Below, piece after piece: positions 56,772 to 64,000 of a DNA stretch of 64,000 nucleotides. Position 1 is the stretch's first letter. Every line of letters begins with the position of its first letter. The notes below the pieces were generated by a model that had not been told where the DNA came from, searched no databases, and was given only the letters and a program-made list of their open reading frames with translations. A program made the translations under genes and the position numbers. This DNA comes from Candidatus Dormiibacterota bacterium (GTDB lineage: Bacteria; Chloroflexota; Dormibacteria; Aeolococcales; Aeolococcaceae): the NCBI GenBank assembly GCA_963789735.1, contig CAWBLV010000006.1, forward strand, positions 640,938 through 704,937. The letters are read 5' to 3'.

Positions 56772-58067
56772 ATGAAGGTACGAATCCGCCCGAGCGCGAA
56801 CCTGATGCGCTGGTTCACGCCGGGGCTTCACGTCAAGCGCTGGTTGCTGCTCCTGTTCGTGGCGGTCGTGATGATCAGCCTGGCTGCGGGCTACCTCCTG
56901 CGCGATCTCTACAGCGCATCCATCGAGTTCCCGCCGTGGGTGCAGGACGCGACGCTGCAGTTCCTCCCGCGGTTGATCCGCGCCCTGTTCTTCGCGCTCG
57001 TCGGCGTCGGGCTCATCGTGCTCGCCTTCTACAAGCTGAGCCAGTCGATCCTGGGGCCATTCCTCCCAGGGCGCGGCAGCACGGATCGCGGCCTTGCCGA
57101 GCAGCTGTACAAGTTCCGCTCGCTTGCCAAGGGTCCCCGACTGGTCGCGATCGGTGGCGGCACAGGGCTCTCCGCGCTGCTCAGAGGCGTGAAGAAGTAC
57201 ACCGGCAACATCGTGGCGATCGTCACCGTCGCCGACGACGGTGGTTCGAGCGGACGCCTGCGCGAGGAATATCGCGTCCTCCCACCAGGCGACATCCGGC
57301 AGTGCCTGACCGCGCTCGCCGAGACCGAGCCACTGATGACCGAGCTGTTCCAGTACCGGTTCGGCGGCGAGGGTGCACTCTCCGGGCACTCCTTCGGGAA
57401 TCTCTTCATCACCGCGATGGCGGAGATCACCGGCGATTTCGAGCACGCCATCCGTGAGTCAGGCCGGGTCCTTGCGGTGCGTGGCCAGATCGTCCCGTCA
57501 ACGCTCCGCGACGTCGTGCTCTGCGCCACTGCCGGCAGCGAGGTGCGGGTGGGTGAGTCGAAAGTCCCATACGGCGCCGGACACATCGACCGCGTCTTCC
57601 TCGAGCCCGCGGATGCCGAGATCAATCCCGAGGCCGAAACGGCGATTCTTGCCGCCGAGTTGATCATCGTCGGGCCGGGATCGTTGTACACGTCGATCCT
57701 GCCCAACCTCCTCATCGAGGGAATGGTCGAGGCGCTGCGCGCGAGTCCGGCGGTGAAGGTGTACGTCTGCAACATCGCGGGCCAGCCCGGGGAGACGATG
57801 GGCTTCTCGGTGAGCGAGCACCTCAAGACCATCGAGGACCACGTGGGCGCGAGCCTCTTCGACTACGTGATCGTCAACAGCAACACGGGCCTGCCGCTGC
57901 CGCCTTCCGCCGTCGAGGCCGGCGTGACCCGGGTCGGGTTCGACCGCGACCAGGCGACGTTGCAGCCGGTGAACTACATCCTCGCCGACGTGGCCTCGTC
58001 GCAGATTTCCACGCACCACGATCCCGAGAAGCTGTCCAAAGTGATCATGAAGCGGATCTGGCGCTAA
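56772..58067 (+). CDS. yvcK: YvcK/CofD-family gluconeogenesis factor with N-terminal TM segments
   Basis: Motifs VAIGGGTGLSALLRGVKKYT.NIVAIVTVADDGGSSGRLR and GPGSLYTSILPNLL. Confidence 0.85.
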   Translation: MKVRIRPSANLMRWFTPGLHVKRWLLLLFVAVVMISLAAGYLLRDLYSASIEFPPWVQDATLQFLPRLIRALFFALVGVGLIVLAFYKLSQSILGPFLPGRGSTDRGLAEQLYKFRSLAKGPRLVAIGGGTGLSALLRGVKKYTGNIVAIVTVADDGGSSGRLREEYRVLPPGDIRQCLTALAETEPLMTELFQYRFGGEGALSGHSFGNLFITAMAEITGDFEHAIRESGRVLAVRGQIVPSTLRDVVLCATAGSEVRVGESKVPYGAGHIDRVFLEPADAEINPEAETAILAAELIIVGPGSLYTSILPNLLIEGMVEALRASPAVKVYVCNIAGQPGETMGFSVSEHLKTIEDHVGASLFDYVIVNSNTGLPLPPSAVEAGVTRVGFDRDQATLQPVNYILADVASSQISTHHDPEKLSKVIMKRIWR

Positions 58068-59104
58068 TACAGCAGGTCGTGGCGGACGCGATACGCCCAC
58101 TGGTGCGCGGCGCGTTCCGCGATCGCGTTCCACGCCGCATACCGCGTCCCTCGAATCGGGAGATCCCACGTTCCGACGTACTCGGTGATGCGCTCGCTGA
58201 ACCCCGACTTGAATCGATACAGCCCGTAGAGCGGATGCGACGGATTGAGCTCGCTTGCGGGCGGTACGGCAACGAGGTCATAGGCTTCGATGCCGCGGGC
58301 CTTGAGCCACCGCATCACCTCCCACTGGAGCAGGTGCGGCGCCATCACCGCTGCGTGTTCCTTCGTGGATCCGCCGTCCTTGTACCAGGCCTTGCTGCCG
58401 ATGTACGTGGCGAACACTCCGGCGAGCACCTCGCCGTCCAGCGACGCGAAGAAGAGCTGTCCCTGTCCCGCCGCCGCATGGAGCCGCCAGTAGCCGGAGA
58501 AGTACTCCTTGCTGCGCAACGTAAAGCCCGCCCGATCGCGGGTTACCGCCATCAGCGAATACATGGTGTCGATGCTCGCGCCGTCGAGCGGGACCGGTTC
58601 GACGATCACGCCACGCCGCTGCGCGAGGCGGATGTTGTAGCGGCATTTCGGCTTGAACGACGCCAGTAACGCGTCCTCGTCCGGCCTCAGGTCCACGATG
58701 ATCGTCGCCCTGCTGATCTGCACGTCGTGGCGAGACTTCTCGAGGCCCATGTCGCGCAGCGCCGATGTCGCCGCATCGGTCTGCTCGATCTCCGGCTCGA
58801 CCTTGATCGCAAATGCCGAACCCGCCGTGGCGCGGAGTCCGTCGAGCACCATGGGCAACTGTGCAATTGCGCTGACGCCAGGGCCTTTCGGCACGTAGCC
58901 GAGCACCCCGAGCCCGGGAACTGTGTGCCGGAGTTCGAGCACGGCAATCGCGGGATCAGTCTCGGAGACGAGGTAGCGCGGTGACCATCGATGTGCGCGC
59001 TTGAACTCGCCCCATGCGCGTGTCTGCAGGATCTGCCCGCCATCCGGGTTCGCGGCGACGAGTGCGTCCCACCGGCCGAGCTCCGGAGACGTCGCTGCCC
59101 TCAC
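58064..59104 (-). CDS. FemAB-family peptidoglycan bridge-forming aminoacyltransferase
   Basis: The ILQTRAWGEFK pattern and overall length fit the family. The GTG at 59104 overlaps the upstream stop (GTGA). Confidence 0.7.
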   Translation of the reverse strand: MRAATSPELGRWDALVAANPDGGQILQTRAWGEFKRAHRWSPRYLVSETDPAIAVLELRHTVPGLGVLGYVPKGPGVSAIAQLPMVLDGLRATAGSAFAIKVEPEIEQTDAATSALRDMGLEKSRHDVQISRATIIVDLRPDEDALLASFKPKCRYNIRLAQRRGVIVEPVPLDGASIDTMYSLMAVTRDRAGFTLRSKEYFSGYWRLHAAAGQGQLFFASLDGEVLAGVFATYIGSKAWYKDGGSTKEHAAVMAPHLLQWEVMRWLKARGIEAYDLVAVPPASELNPSHPLYGLYRFKSGFSERITEYVGTWDLPIRGTRYAAWNAIAERAAHQWAYRVRHDLLY

Positions 59105-60114
59105 CGTCGCAACCGCAACGCAGTTCGGTAGAGGCGGTGCCGCAATGAGCGCACACCGAAATCCCATGTGCCGGCACGCTCGACGGCCTCCCCGCCGAAC
59201 GATCGCTTGAACTGCGTGAACCCATCCCATGCATGCGGGGCAGCTCCCGCGGCTTCACGAGGTGGAGCAATTCCCCAGAAATCGAAGCGATGAGCACCGC
59301 TCTCGCGTGCGTCAAGGATCATCTGCCACACCAGCGGCGCCGCAGCCTGGAGCCTGCGTCCGGAGTCCGGATCGGAGACGGCATGTGCGTAGTAGCGCGT
59401 CCCGGAGAAATCGAAGCAGAGCGCGGCGGCAACCGCCTCACCTTCCGCTTCCGCGAAGTACAGCGCAGCTGCGTGCTCGGGCAAGAGTGTCCGGGCCACC
59501 GCCCGGTGATACGACTGCTCCTGGCCATGAAATCGCCCCGCTGCCGCACCCTTATCCTGGAGGCGGAGAAAGATTTCGATATCGTCAGGATCGCTGCTGA
59601 CGCGAAATGTCAAGCCGCGGCGTGGCGCTGCGTTGATCGCGCCCCGATGCCCGGCGCTCAATCCCCGCCGCAGAGCCGCCTCGTCAGGTGTGAGGTCGAG
59701 AACCCATGTCCAGCGCGGCTGTATCGATCGGCTCGGCGTCGGATGCGTCGCTGCCAGCGCAGGGAGCGCAGCCGCTCCAGCAGGCTCTGCACGCACGAAA
59801 TCGAGCGATCGGGCACGCGCTGCATCCACCGCGCCGGCAAACGCGCCAACCATCGCGTCGCCCGACATTGCGGTGGGGCCGTGGGGCACGTACACGTAGC
59901 GAGGAAAACGCCCAGCACGAATAGCGCCTGCCCACATCCACTCTTCATCGCGCGCCCAGATGACTTCATGGCCGAGCGCTCTCTGGACGCGCTGCCACAG
60001 AGTGCTTTGCAGGAAGTGTCCACCCATGCGCTGCAACGCGATATCCCAGTCGGCATCGGCAACGCCGGCGTGTCCCGACGGTGCGTCATGCGACGCTAGC
60101 ACGGCACTCGACAC
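59101..60114 (-). CDS. FemAB-family peptidoglycan bridge-forming aminoacyltransferase (paralogue)
   Basis: The FLQSTLWQRVQ pattern, and a C-terminal half similar in layout to the downstream paralogue. Confidence 0.65.
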   Translation of the reverse strand: MSSAVLASHDAPSGHAGVADADWDIALQRMGGHFLQSTLWQRVQRALGHEVIWARDEEWMWAGAIRAGRFPRYVYVPHGPTAMSGDAMVGAFAGAVDAARARSLDFVRAEPAGAAALPALAATHPTPSRSIQPRWTWVLDLTPDEAALRRGLSAGHRGAINAAPRRGLTFRVSSDPDDIEIFLRLQDKGAAAGRFHGQEQSYHRAVARTLLPEHAAALYFAEAEGEAVAAALCFDFSGTRYYAHAVSDPDSGRRLQAAAPLVWQMILDARESGAHRFDFWGIAPPREAAGAAPHAWDGFTQFKRSFGGEAVERAGTWDFGVRSLRHRLYRTALRLRR

Positions 60115-60189
60115 GATCGATGTTGAGAAAGCACATCGGTTTTCCTTACAATCGCGGCCGTTTCCCCGTCAACACGTTGGAGAGAACGC

Positions 60190-60504
60190 ATGGCCACAGT
60201 CGTCACACGCGACGTGCTCGCAAAGCAGCTCGCAGATCGTGCAGAAATCACCGTCACCGCAGCGCGCGATGAGGTTCGCTGGTTTTTCGACACAATCGCG
60301 GGGTCCCTGGAAAAAGGCGACGAAGTTCGCATCCACGGCTTCGGCAACTTCAAGACCGCGCAGCGCGCCGCGCGTCTCGGTCGAAACCCGCGTACCGGTG
60401 AAGCTGTGAAAGTTCCGGCACGGCGCGTCGTTCGGTTCTCGGCGAGCACCTCGCTGTCGAGCGCGGTCAAGGGCGCGAAGCCCGGGCGTCGAGCCAAGGC
60501 CTGA
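60190..60504 (+). CDS. hup: HU-family DNA-binding protein
   Basis: FGNFKTAQRAARLGRNPRTGEAVKVPARRVVRFSAS is the HU/IHF arm signature. Confidence 0.9.
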   Translation: MATVVTRDVLAKQLADRAEITVTAARDEVRWFFDTIAGSLEKGDEVRIHGFGNFKTAQRAARLGRNPRTGEAVKVPARRVVRFSASTSLSSAVKGAKPGRRAKA

Positions 60505-60506
60505 TC

Positions 60507-60528
60507 CGTCAGATCGCCTGATCTGACG
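60507..60528 (+). terminator. perfect 9-bp stem / 4-nt loop hairpin directly after the HU gene
   Basis: CGTCAGATC-gcct-GATCTGACG was read directly. No U-tract follows. Confidence 0.4.
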
Positions 60529-60600
60529 CTGCCGCGGGCGCGGTGACGTCGTTGATGGACACCCACGCATGCTACGTGTAGACATGCGAGTGCGAGCCCG

Positions 60601-61875
60601 ATGACGGCGCCGCGTGGCCCGCGGTGGCCGTGGGTCGTTTTCAGCGCCGTGCTCGGTGCGCTGTTCATCTCGACAGCGGCGTTTGCCACGGTGCGCGTCA
60701 CGGCGCCGCCGCCTCCTGCGACGGTGCAGATCAACACGGCTGCCACGCTGTCCCTCGGCGGGTCCGTCCCTGCGAAGATCCCCACGCCGTCACGCGGAAG
60801 CTTCGCGCTGTCGACAAGCACGCTGGGCACGGTCGCAGGCTACAACGCATCGGTCGAGCGCCCCACTGGGTCGGTAGCCAAAGCGATGACCGCGCTCGTC
60901 GTGCTCGACGCGCTCCCGCTCGGGCTCGGAGCGGACGGGCCCTCGCGGACGATGACGGCGGCCGATGTGCAGTTGTACCGCCAGGCGGTTGCGTCGGGAG
61001 GATCGAACCTTCCGGTGCGCGCAGGCGAGATCCTCAGCGAACGCGATCTGCTCCTTGCACTGCTGCTGCCGTCCGCGGACAACATCGCGGAATCGCTCGC
61101 CGTCTGGGTATCCGGCAATCGCACTGCGTTCATCGCTCGGCTGAACGCCAAAGCGGCCGCACTGGGTATGGCGCACACGCACTACGCAGATCCGAGTGGC
61201 TTGAGCAACAAGACTGTCTCCACCGCCGCAGACCTGGTGCTGCTCGCCAAGGCCGTCATCGAAAACCCGACGCTGGCCTCCCTGGTCGTCGTGCAGCAAG
61301 CGACCCTTCCCGACGGAACCGTCCTGCACAACCTGGATATCGGGCTCCAGCAGGAACCGTACTGGCTCGGCATCAAGACTGGCTGGACCGGTGCTGCGGG
61401 CGGCTGCCTGCTCTTTGCCGCCGAGCGGTCATACGGAGGCGATGAAGACTTGACCGTCACGGTGTGGGGCGCGGTCCTCGGCCAGCCGGCCGAGACTGCA
61501 CCGGATCCTGCGCATCCCGAGCTCGGCGCAGCCTTTGCCGAGGCGGAAAACGCTGTGGCCACGTTCTTCAACAGCTACCGCGCGGTTGATCTATCGCAGT
61601 CGACCCCGACGCTGACGGGCTCGGTGTCAACACCCTGGGGTGGCACGGCCGGGGTCGAGGTGCTGTCCGAATCAGGCCCCGGGATGGTGCTGCTTCGCGG
61701 TCCGACAACGCTCCAGCTGAGCGTGACGACGCTCCACCCCACAGTACCCCTGGCCGGAAACGCGCAGGTCGGCCGGATCAACGCCGTGTTGAACGGCACG
61801 AAGGTTTCCTGGGGCGTGATCGTCACGAACGCTATCGCCGCGCCGTCGTGGTGGTGGAAGCTTCTCAACGGATGA
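60601..61875 (+). CDS. D-alanyl-D-alanine carboxypeptidase (S11 penicillin-binding protein)
   Basis: N-terminal TM helix, then the SxxK (SVAK), SxN (SADN) and KTG (KTGWT) motifs in the correct order. Confidence 0.85.
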   Translation: MTAPRGPRWPWVVFSAVLGALFISTAAFATVRVTAPPPPATVQINTAATLSLGGSVPAKIPTPSRGSFALSTSTLGTVAGYNASVERPTGSVAKAMTALVVLDALPLGLGADGPSRTMTAADVQLYRQAVASGGSNLPVRAGEILSERDLLLALLLPSADNIAESLAVWVSGNRTAFIARLNAKAAALGMAHTHYADPSGLSNKTVSTAADLVLLAKAVIENPTLASLVVVQQATLPDGTVLHNLDIGLQQEPYWLGIKTGWTGAAGGCLLFAAERSYGGDEDLTVTVWGAVLGQPAETAPDPAHPELGAAFAEAENAVATFFNSYRAVDLSQSTPTLTGSVSTPWGGTAGVEVLSESGPGMVLLRGPTTLQLSVTTLHPTVPLAGNAQVGRINAVLNGTKVSWGVIVTNAIAAPSWWWKLLNG

Positions 61876-61886
61876 CGCGCGAGGCG

Positions 61887-62252
61887 TCACCAGGCGGTGT
61901 CGGTGCGCTCCGCCGCTTCCAGCAGCGCTGCCATGACGTCGGCGTCGCGACCGGCAAGATCCGGCGCGACGCGGAGGCTCTCAACACGCTCTTTCGCCGT
62001 GACCATCTCGAGCTCGTGCAGCTCCAGCTGCGCGCGTGTCGAGATGTGACCCTTGTACGCGGCAAGCGGCGTGCGCCATTTCTGGCGCAGCGCGTGCGGC
62101 GAAAGCTCGCCGGCCTTGACCGCCAGCCCCGCTCCGCTGCGCGCAGGGAAGAGCCGGAAGCGGAATGCGTTGCGTCCGGCCTTGGCGCACTGCTCGCATC
62201 TCCCGTATCGCTCGTCGGGAATCTCCGGGCGCTTGTTGCAGACGCGACACAT
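61887..62252 (-). CDS. hypothetical protein with N-terminal CxxC...CxxC zinc ribbon
   Basis: MCRVCNKRPEIPDERYGRCEQCAK. No family recognised. Confidence 0.4.
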   Translation of the reverse strand: MCRVCNKRPEIPDERYGRCEQCAKAGRNAFRFRLFPARSGAGLAVKAGELSPHALRQKWRTPLAAYKGHISTRAQLELHELEMVTAKERVESLRVAPDLAGRDADVMAALLEAAERTDTAW

Positions 62253-62266
62253 GCACCGAGGATAAC

Positions 62267-62851
62267 GTGAGGCCGGTGGCTGACGAGACGACGTTGCGCA
62301 CCGAGCGGCTCCTGCTCAGACCCTGGCGGGCGGAAGACCGCGCGCCCTTTGCGGCGCTGAACGCCGATCCACGTGTCATGGAGTGGTTCCCGGCGCCGAT
62401 GACCGCGGTTGAGTCGGACGCGGTTGCGAAGCGGATCGAAAAGCAGTTCGAGGAGACCGGCTGGGGGCTCTGGGCCGTCGAGATCCGCGGTACAAGTCCT
62501 TTCATCGGATTCGTGGGGCTCAGTCCCTCAGAAAGCACGCTCGGATTCCCTTCGGTCGAGATCGGATGGCGCCTGGCGGCGGAGCACTGGGGCAACGGCT
62601 ACGCGCCGGAAGCTGCGGTTGCGGCACTCAGATTCGGCTTCGAGGACCTCTTGCTCGACGAAGTCGTCTCCTTCACGTCCGTCGGCAACGCGAAGTCTCG
62701 GCGGGTCATGGCCAAGATCGGCATGAAGCACAACCCCGAGGACGATTTCGAGCACCCGCGCCTTCCAAAGACATCGCCGTTGTCGCACCACGTTCTCTAT
62801 CGGATCACTCGCGGAGAGTTCCTGGAACGCCGACGCTCCGTCCATACCTGA
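62267..62851 (+). CDS. GNAT-family N-acetyltransferase (RimJ/RimL-like)
   Basis: TERLLLRPW...D........DP.V, and later the pattern IGWRLAAEHWGNGYAPEAA. GTG at 62267. Confidence 0.8.
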   Translation: MRPVADETTLRTERLLLRPWRAEDRAPFAALNADPRVMEWFPAPMTAVESDAVAKRIEKQFEETGWGLWAVEIRGTSPFIGFVGLSPSESTLGFPSVEIGWRLAAEHWGNGYAPEAAVAALRFGFEDLLLDEVVSFTSVGNAKSRRVMAKIGMKHNPEDDFEHPRLPKTSPLSHHVLYRITRGEFLERRRSVHT

Positions 62852-62908
62852 GGATCGCGGCGAGCCTGCTGCTGGGAAAGATCACCTCATTGGTGAGAGA
62901 ATCGGAAG

Positions 62909-63127
62909 GTGGTCTGGATCATGAAGCGTCGGTGGTGGGTCCTCGCCGTTGGCGTCGTGCTCTTGGCTCTGGGACTTGCGCTCCCCGGGCCGCTGGACGG
63001 CGTCCGCGCGGCCTTTGCAACGCTGGGGTTCGTCATGACCTACATGGCATCGCTGTCGTTTCTGCGTGTCATGAGCGTGGCCGTGAGAGCCCGACATGCG
63101 GCTCATCGACCTTCGAACTCACACTGA
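62909..63127 (+). CDS. small membrane protein (two TM helices)
   Basis: Two hydrophobic stretches: WWVLAVGVVLLALGLAL and FATLGFVMTYMASLSFL. Confidence 0.4.
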   Translation: MVWIMKRRWWVLAVGVVLLALGLALPGPLDGVRAAFATLGFVMTYMASLSFLRVMSVAVRARHAAHRPSNSH

Positions 63128-63147
63128 CGGCACCGTCACCGCCTGGT

Positions 63148-63176
63148 TTGACATGACGGGGCACAGCACCTAACAT
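63148..63176 (+). promoter_or_regulatory. sigma-70-like promoter (TTGACA-17 nt-TAACAT) overlapped by a direct repeat ACATGACGG x2
   Basis: TTGACA at 63148-63153 and TAACAT at 63171-63176, with a 17-nt spacer. ACATGACGG occurs at 63151-63159 and 63173-63181. Confidence 0.5.
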
Positions 63177-63330
63177 GACGGCCCGTTCGCTTATTCCGCG
63201 CAACAGGAGCGATAACTGGTGACAGCAACACACGGCATCGGAACCGGGCTCACACCCGTCGTGGGACGAGTCCGCACATCCGGGGTCGCTCCTTGAGTAT
63301 CTGAGCATCGAATAGCTCCGCTCACAGGAT

Positions 63331-63367
63331 CGTGCGGCCCGGGCCGGCACGGTCCTTTTTGTTTGTT
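63331..63367 (+). terminator. intrinsic terminator/attenuator hairpin followed by a T-rich tract
   Basis: CGTGCGGCCCGGGCCGGCACG forms a GC-rich stem with one bulge and is followed by GTCCTTTTTGTTTGTT. It lies about 35 nt before the ABC gene start. Confidence 0.6.
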
Positions 63368-63400
63368 CAGACGAAACATGAATGTGAGTAGGAGAAATCG

Positions 63401-64000
63401 GTGTCCAGGGTAGGTAACGGCGGCGTAGCCGTCGAAGTGACACAGCTGGTCAAGTCGTTCCGGAGGGAGCGACGCGGACGTCCGTGGAAACGGCGCGCGC
63501 AATCGAGCCAGCCCAAGCGCGCCGTCGATTCGGTCGATCTTCGCGTCAACGACGGTGAGATGGTTGCGATCGTCGGGCTGAACGGCAGCGGCAAATCGAC
63601 GTTGCTTCGGGTCCTCGCCACGCTGACGATCCCAGACGAAGGCACGGCGCGCGTGTTCGGCCACGACGTGGTTGACGATGGCCATGAGGTGCGCCGGCAC
63701 GTGAACCGCGTCTCAGTCGAGGCAAGCTTTTTCAAGGAGATGAGCCCGTGGGAGAACCTCTCCTACGCGACGCGTCTCTACGGCCAGAGCGGCAAGGGCA
63801 ACCGCGATGCGGCAGTTGCTGCGCTGACACGCCTCGGTCTTCCACGAGACACCATCGACAAGCCGATGAAGCAGCTGTCGCGCGGGCAGCAGCAGAAGGT
63901 TGCGATCGCGCGCAGCCTGCTGACAAGCCCATCGCTCCTGCTGATGGACGAGCCGACGACTGGCCTTGACCCGCGCTCGAAGCGCGAGGTGCAGGGGTTC
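63401..64000 (+). CDS. ABC transporter ATP-binding protein (ABC-2/DrrA-like), 3' end outside window
   Basis: GTG at 63401 after GGAGAA. Walker [12 protein letters not shown]-loop, signature LSRGQQQKV, Walker B LLLMDEPTTGLD. Not in the ORF track because the frame runs off the window. Confidence 0.9.
   Translation, partial: MSRVGNGGVAVEVTQLVKSFRRERRGRPWKRRAQSSQPKRAVDSVDLRVNDGEMVAIVGLNGSGKSTLLRVLATLTIPDEGTARVFGHDVVDDGHEVRRHVNRVSVEASFFKEMSPWENLSYATRLYGQSGKGNRDAAVAALTRLGLPRDTIDKPMKQLSRGQQQKVAIARSLLTSPSLLLMDEPTTGLDPRSKREVQGF

Overview
The window is a visibly high-GC bacterial chromosome segment spanning the replication-origin neighbourhood. All calls come from reading the supplied ORF translations and the DNA by eye; no similarity search or computation was run. 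Starts I re-derived myself may be off by a few nucleotides.

Core content:
- Replication and partition: dnaA and dnaN on the minus strand, with DnaA-box clusters on both sides of dnaA; rpmH-rnpA/yidD-yidC-jag on the plus strand; parB-parA further right.
- recF plus a DUF721/DciA-like gene converge on dnaN instead of following it.
- Fe-S assembly: an Rrf2-sufC-sufB-sufD-Rieske-sufS cluster, with sufU-sufT separated from it by two opposite-strand genes, plus a second NifS/IscS-like desulfurase.
- Housekeeping and envelope: folP-folK, ndk, lepB, a CopC/CopD fusion, an SOD-like gene, glpX, yvcK, two FemAB-family genes, HU, a D-Ala-D-Ala carboxypeptidase, an MMPL transporter.
- CoA-ester metabolism: CitE-like lyase, acyl-CoA dehydrogenase, MaoC dehydratase.
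- Two response regulators with no kinase in the window.

Gene content and the TTGTCCACA-type DnaA boxes suggest an Actinomycetota-like or related terrabacterial lineage; this is inference only. I saw no rRNA, tRNA, CRISPR array, transposase, integrase or prophage gene.

I did not find a clear multi-gene novel system. Points worth a second look:
1. A five-unit tandem repeat of about 70 bp abutting the 3' end of parB.
2. A 10-bp motif, ACTTGCGCAC, present three times and each time beside DnaA boxes.
3. rnpA and yidD forming one uninterrupted reading frame.
4. Likely non-canonical starts for rpmH (ATC) and the M16 peptidase (CTG).
5. A free-standing LAGLIDADG-like gene beside parA.
6. Two orphan beta-class DNA methyltransferases.
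7. A large Upf1-like helicase apparently co-oriented with a Cys-free Grx-PDZ protein, an ECF sigma factor and Ogt.
8. A promoter-leader-terminator unit in front of an ABC transporter.
9. Four single-nucleotide frame disruptions in conserved genes (helicase, sufD, NifS/IscS-like, SH3-domain protein). Together these look more like consensus indel errors than true pseudogenes.
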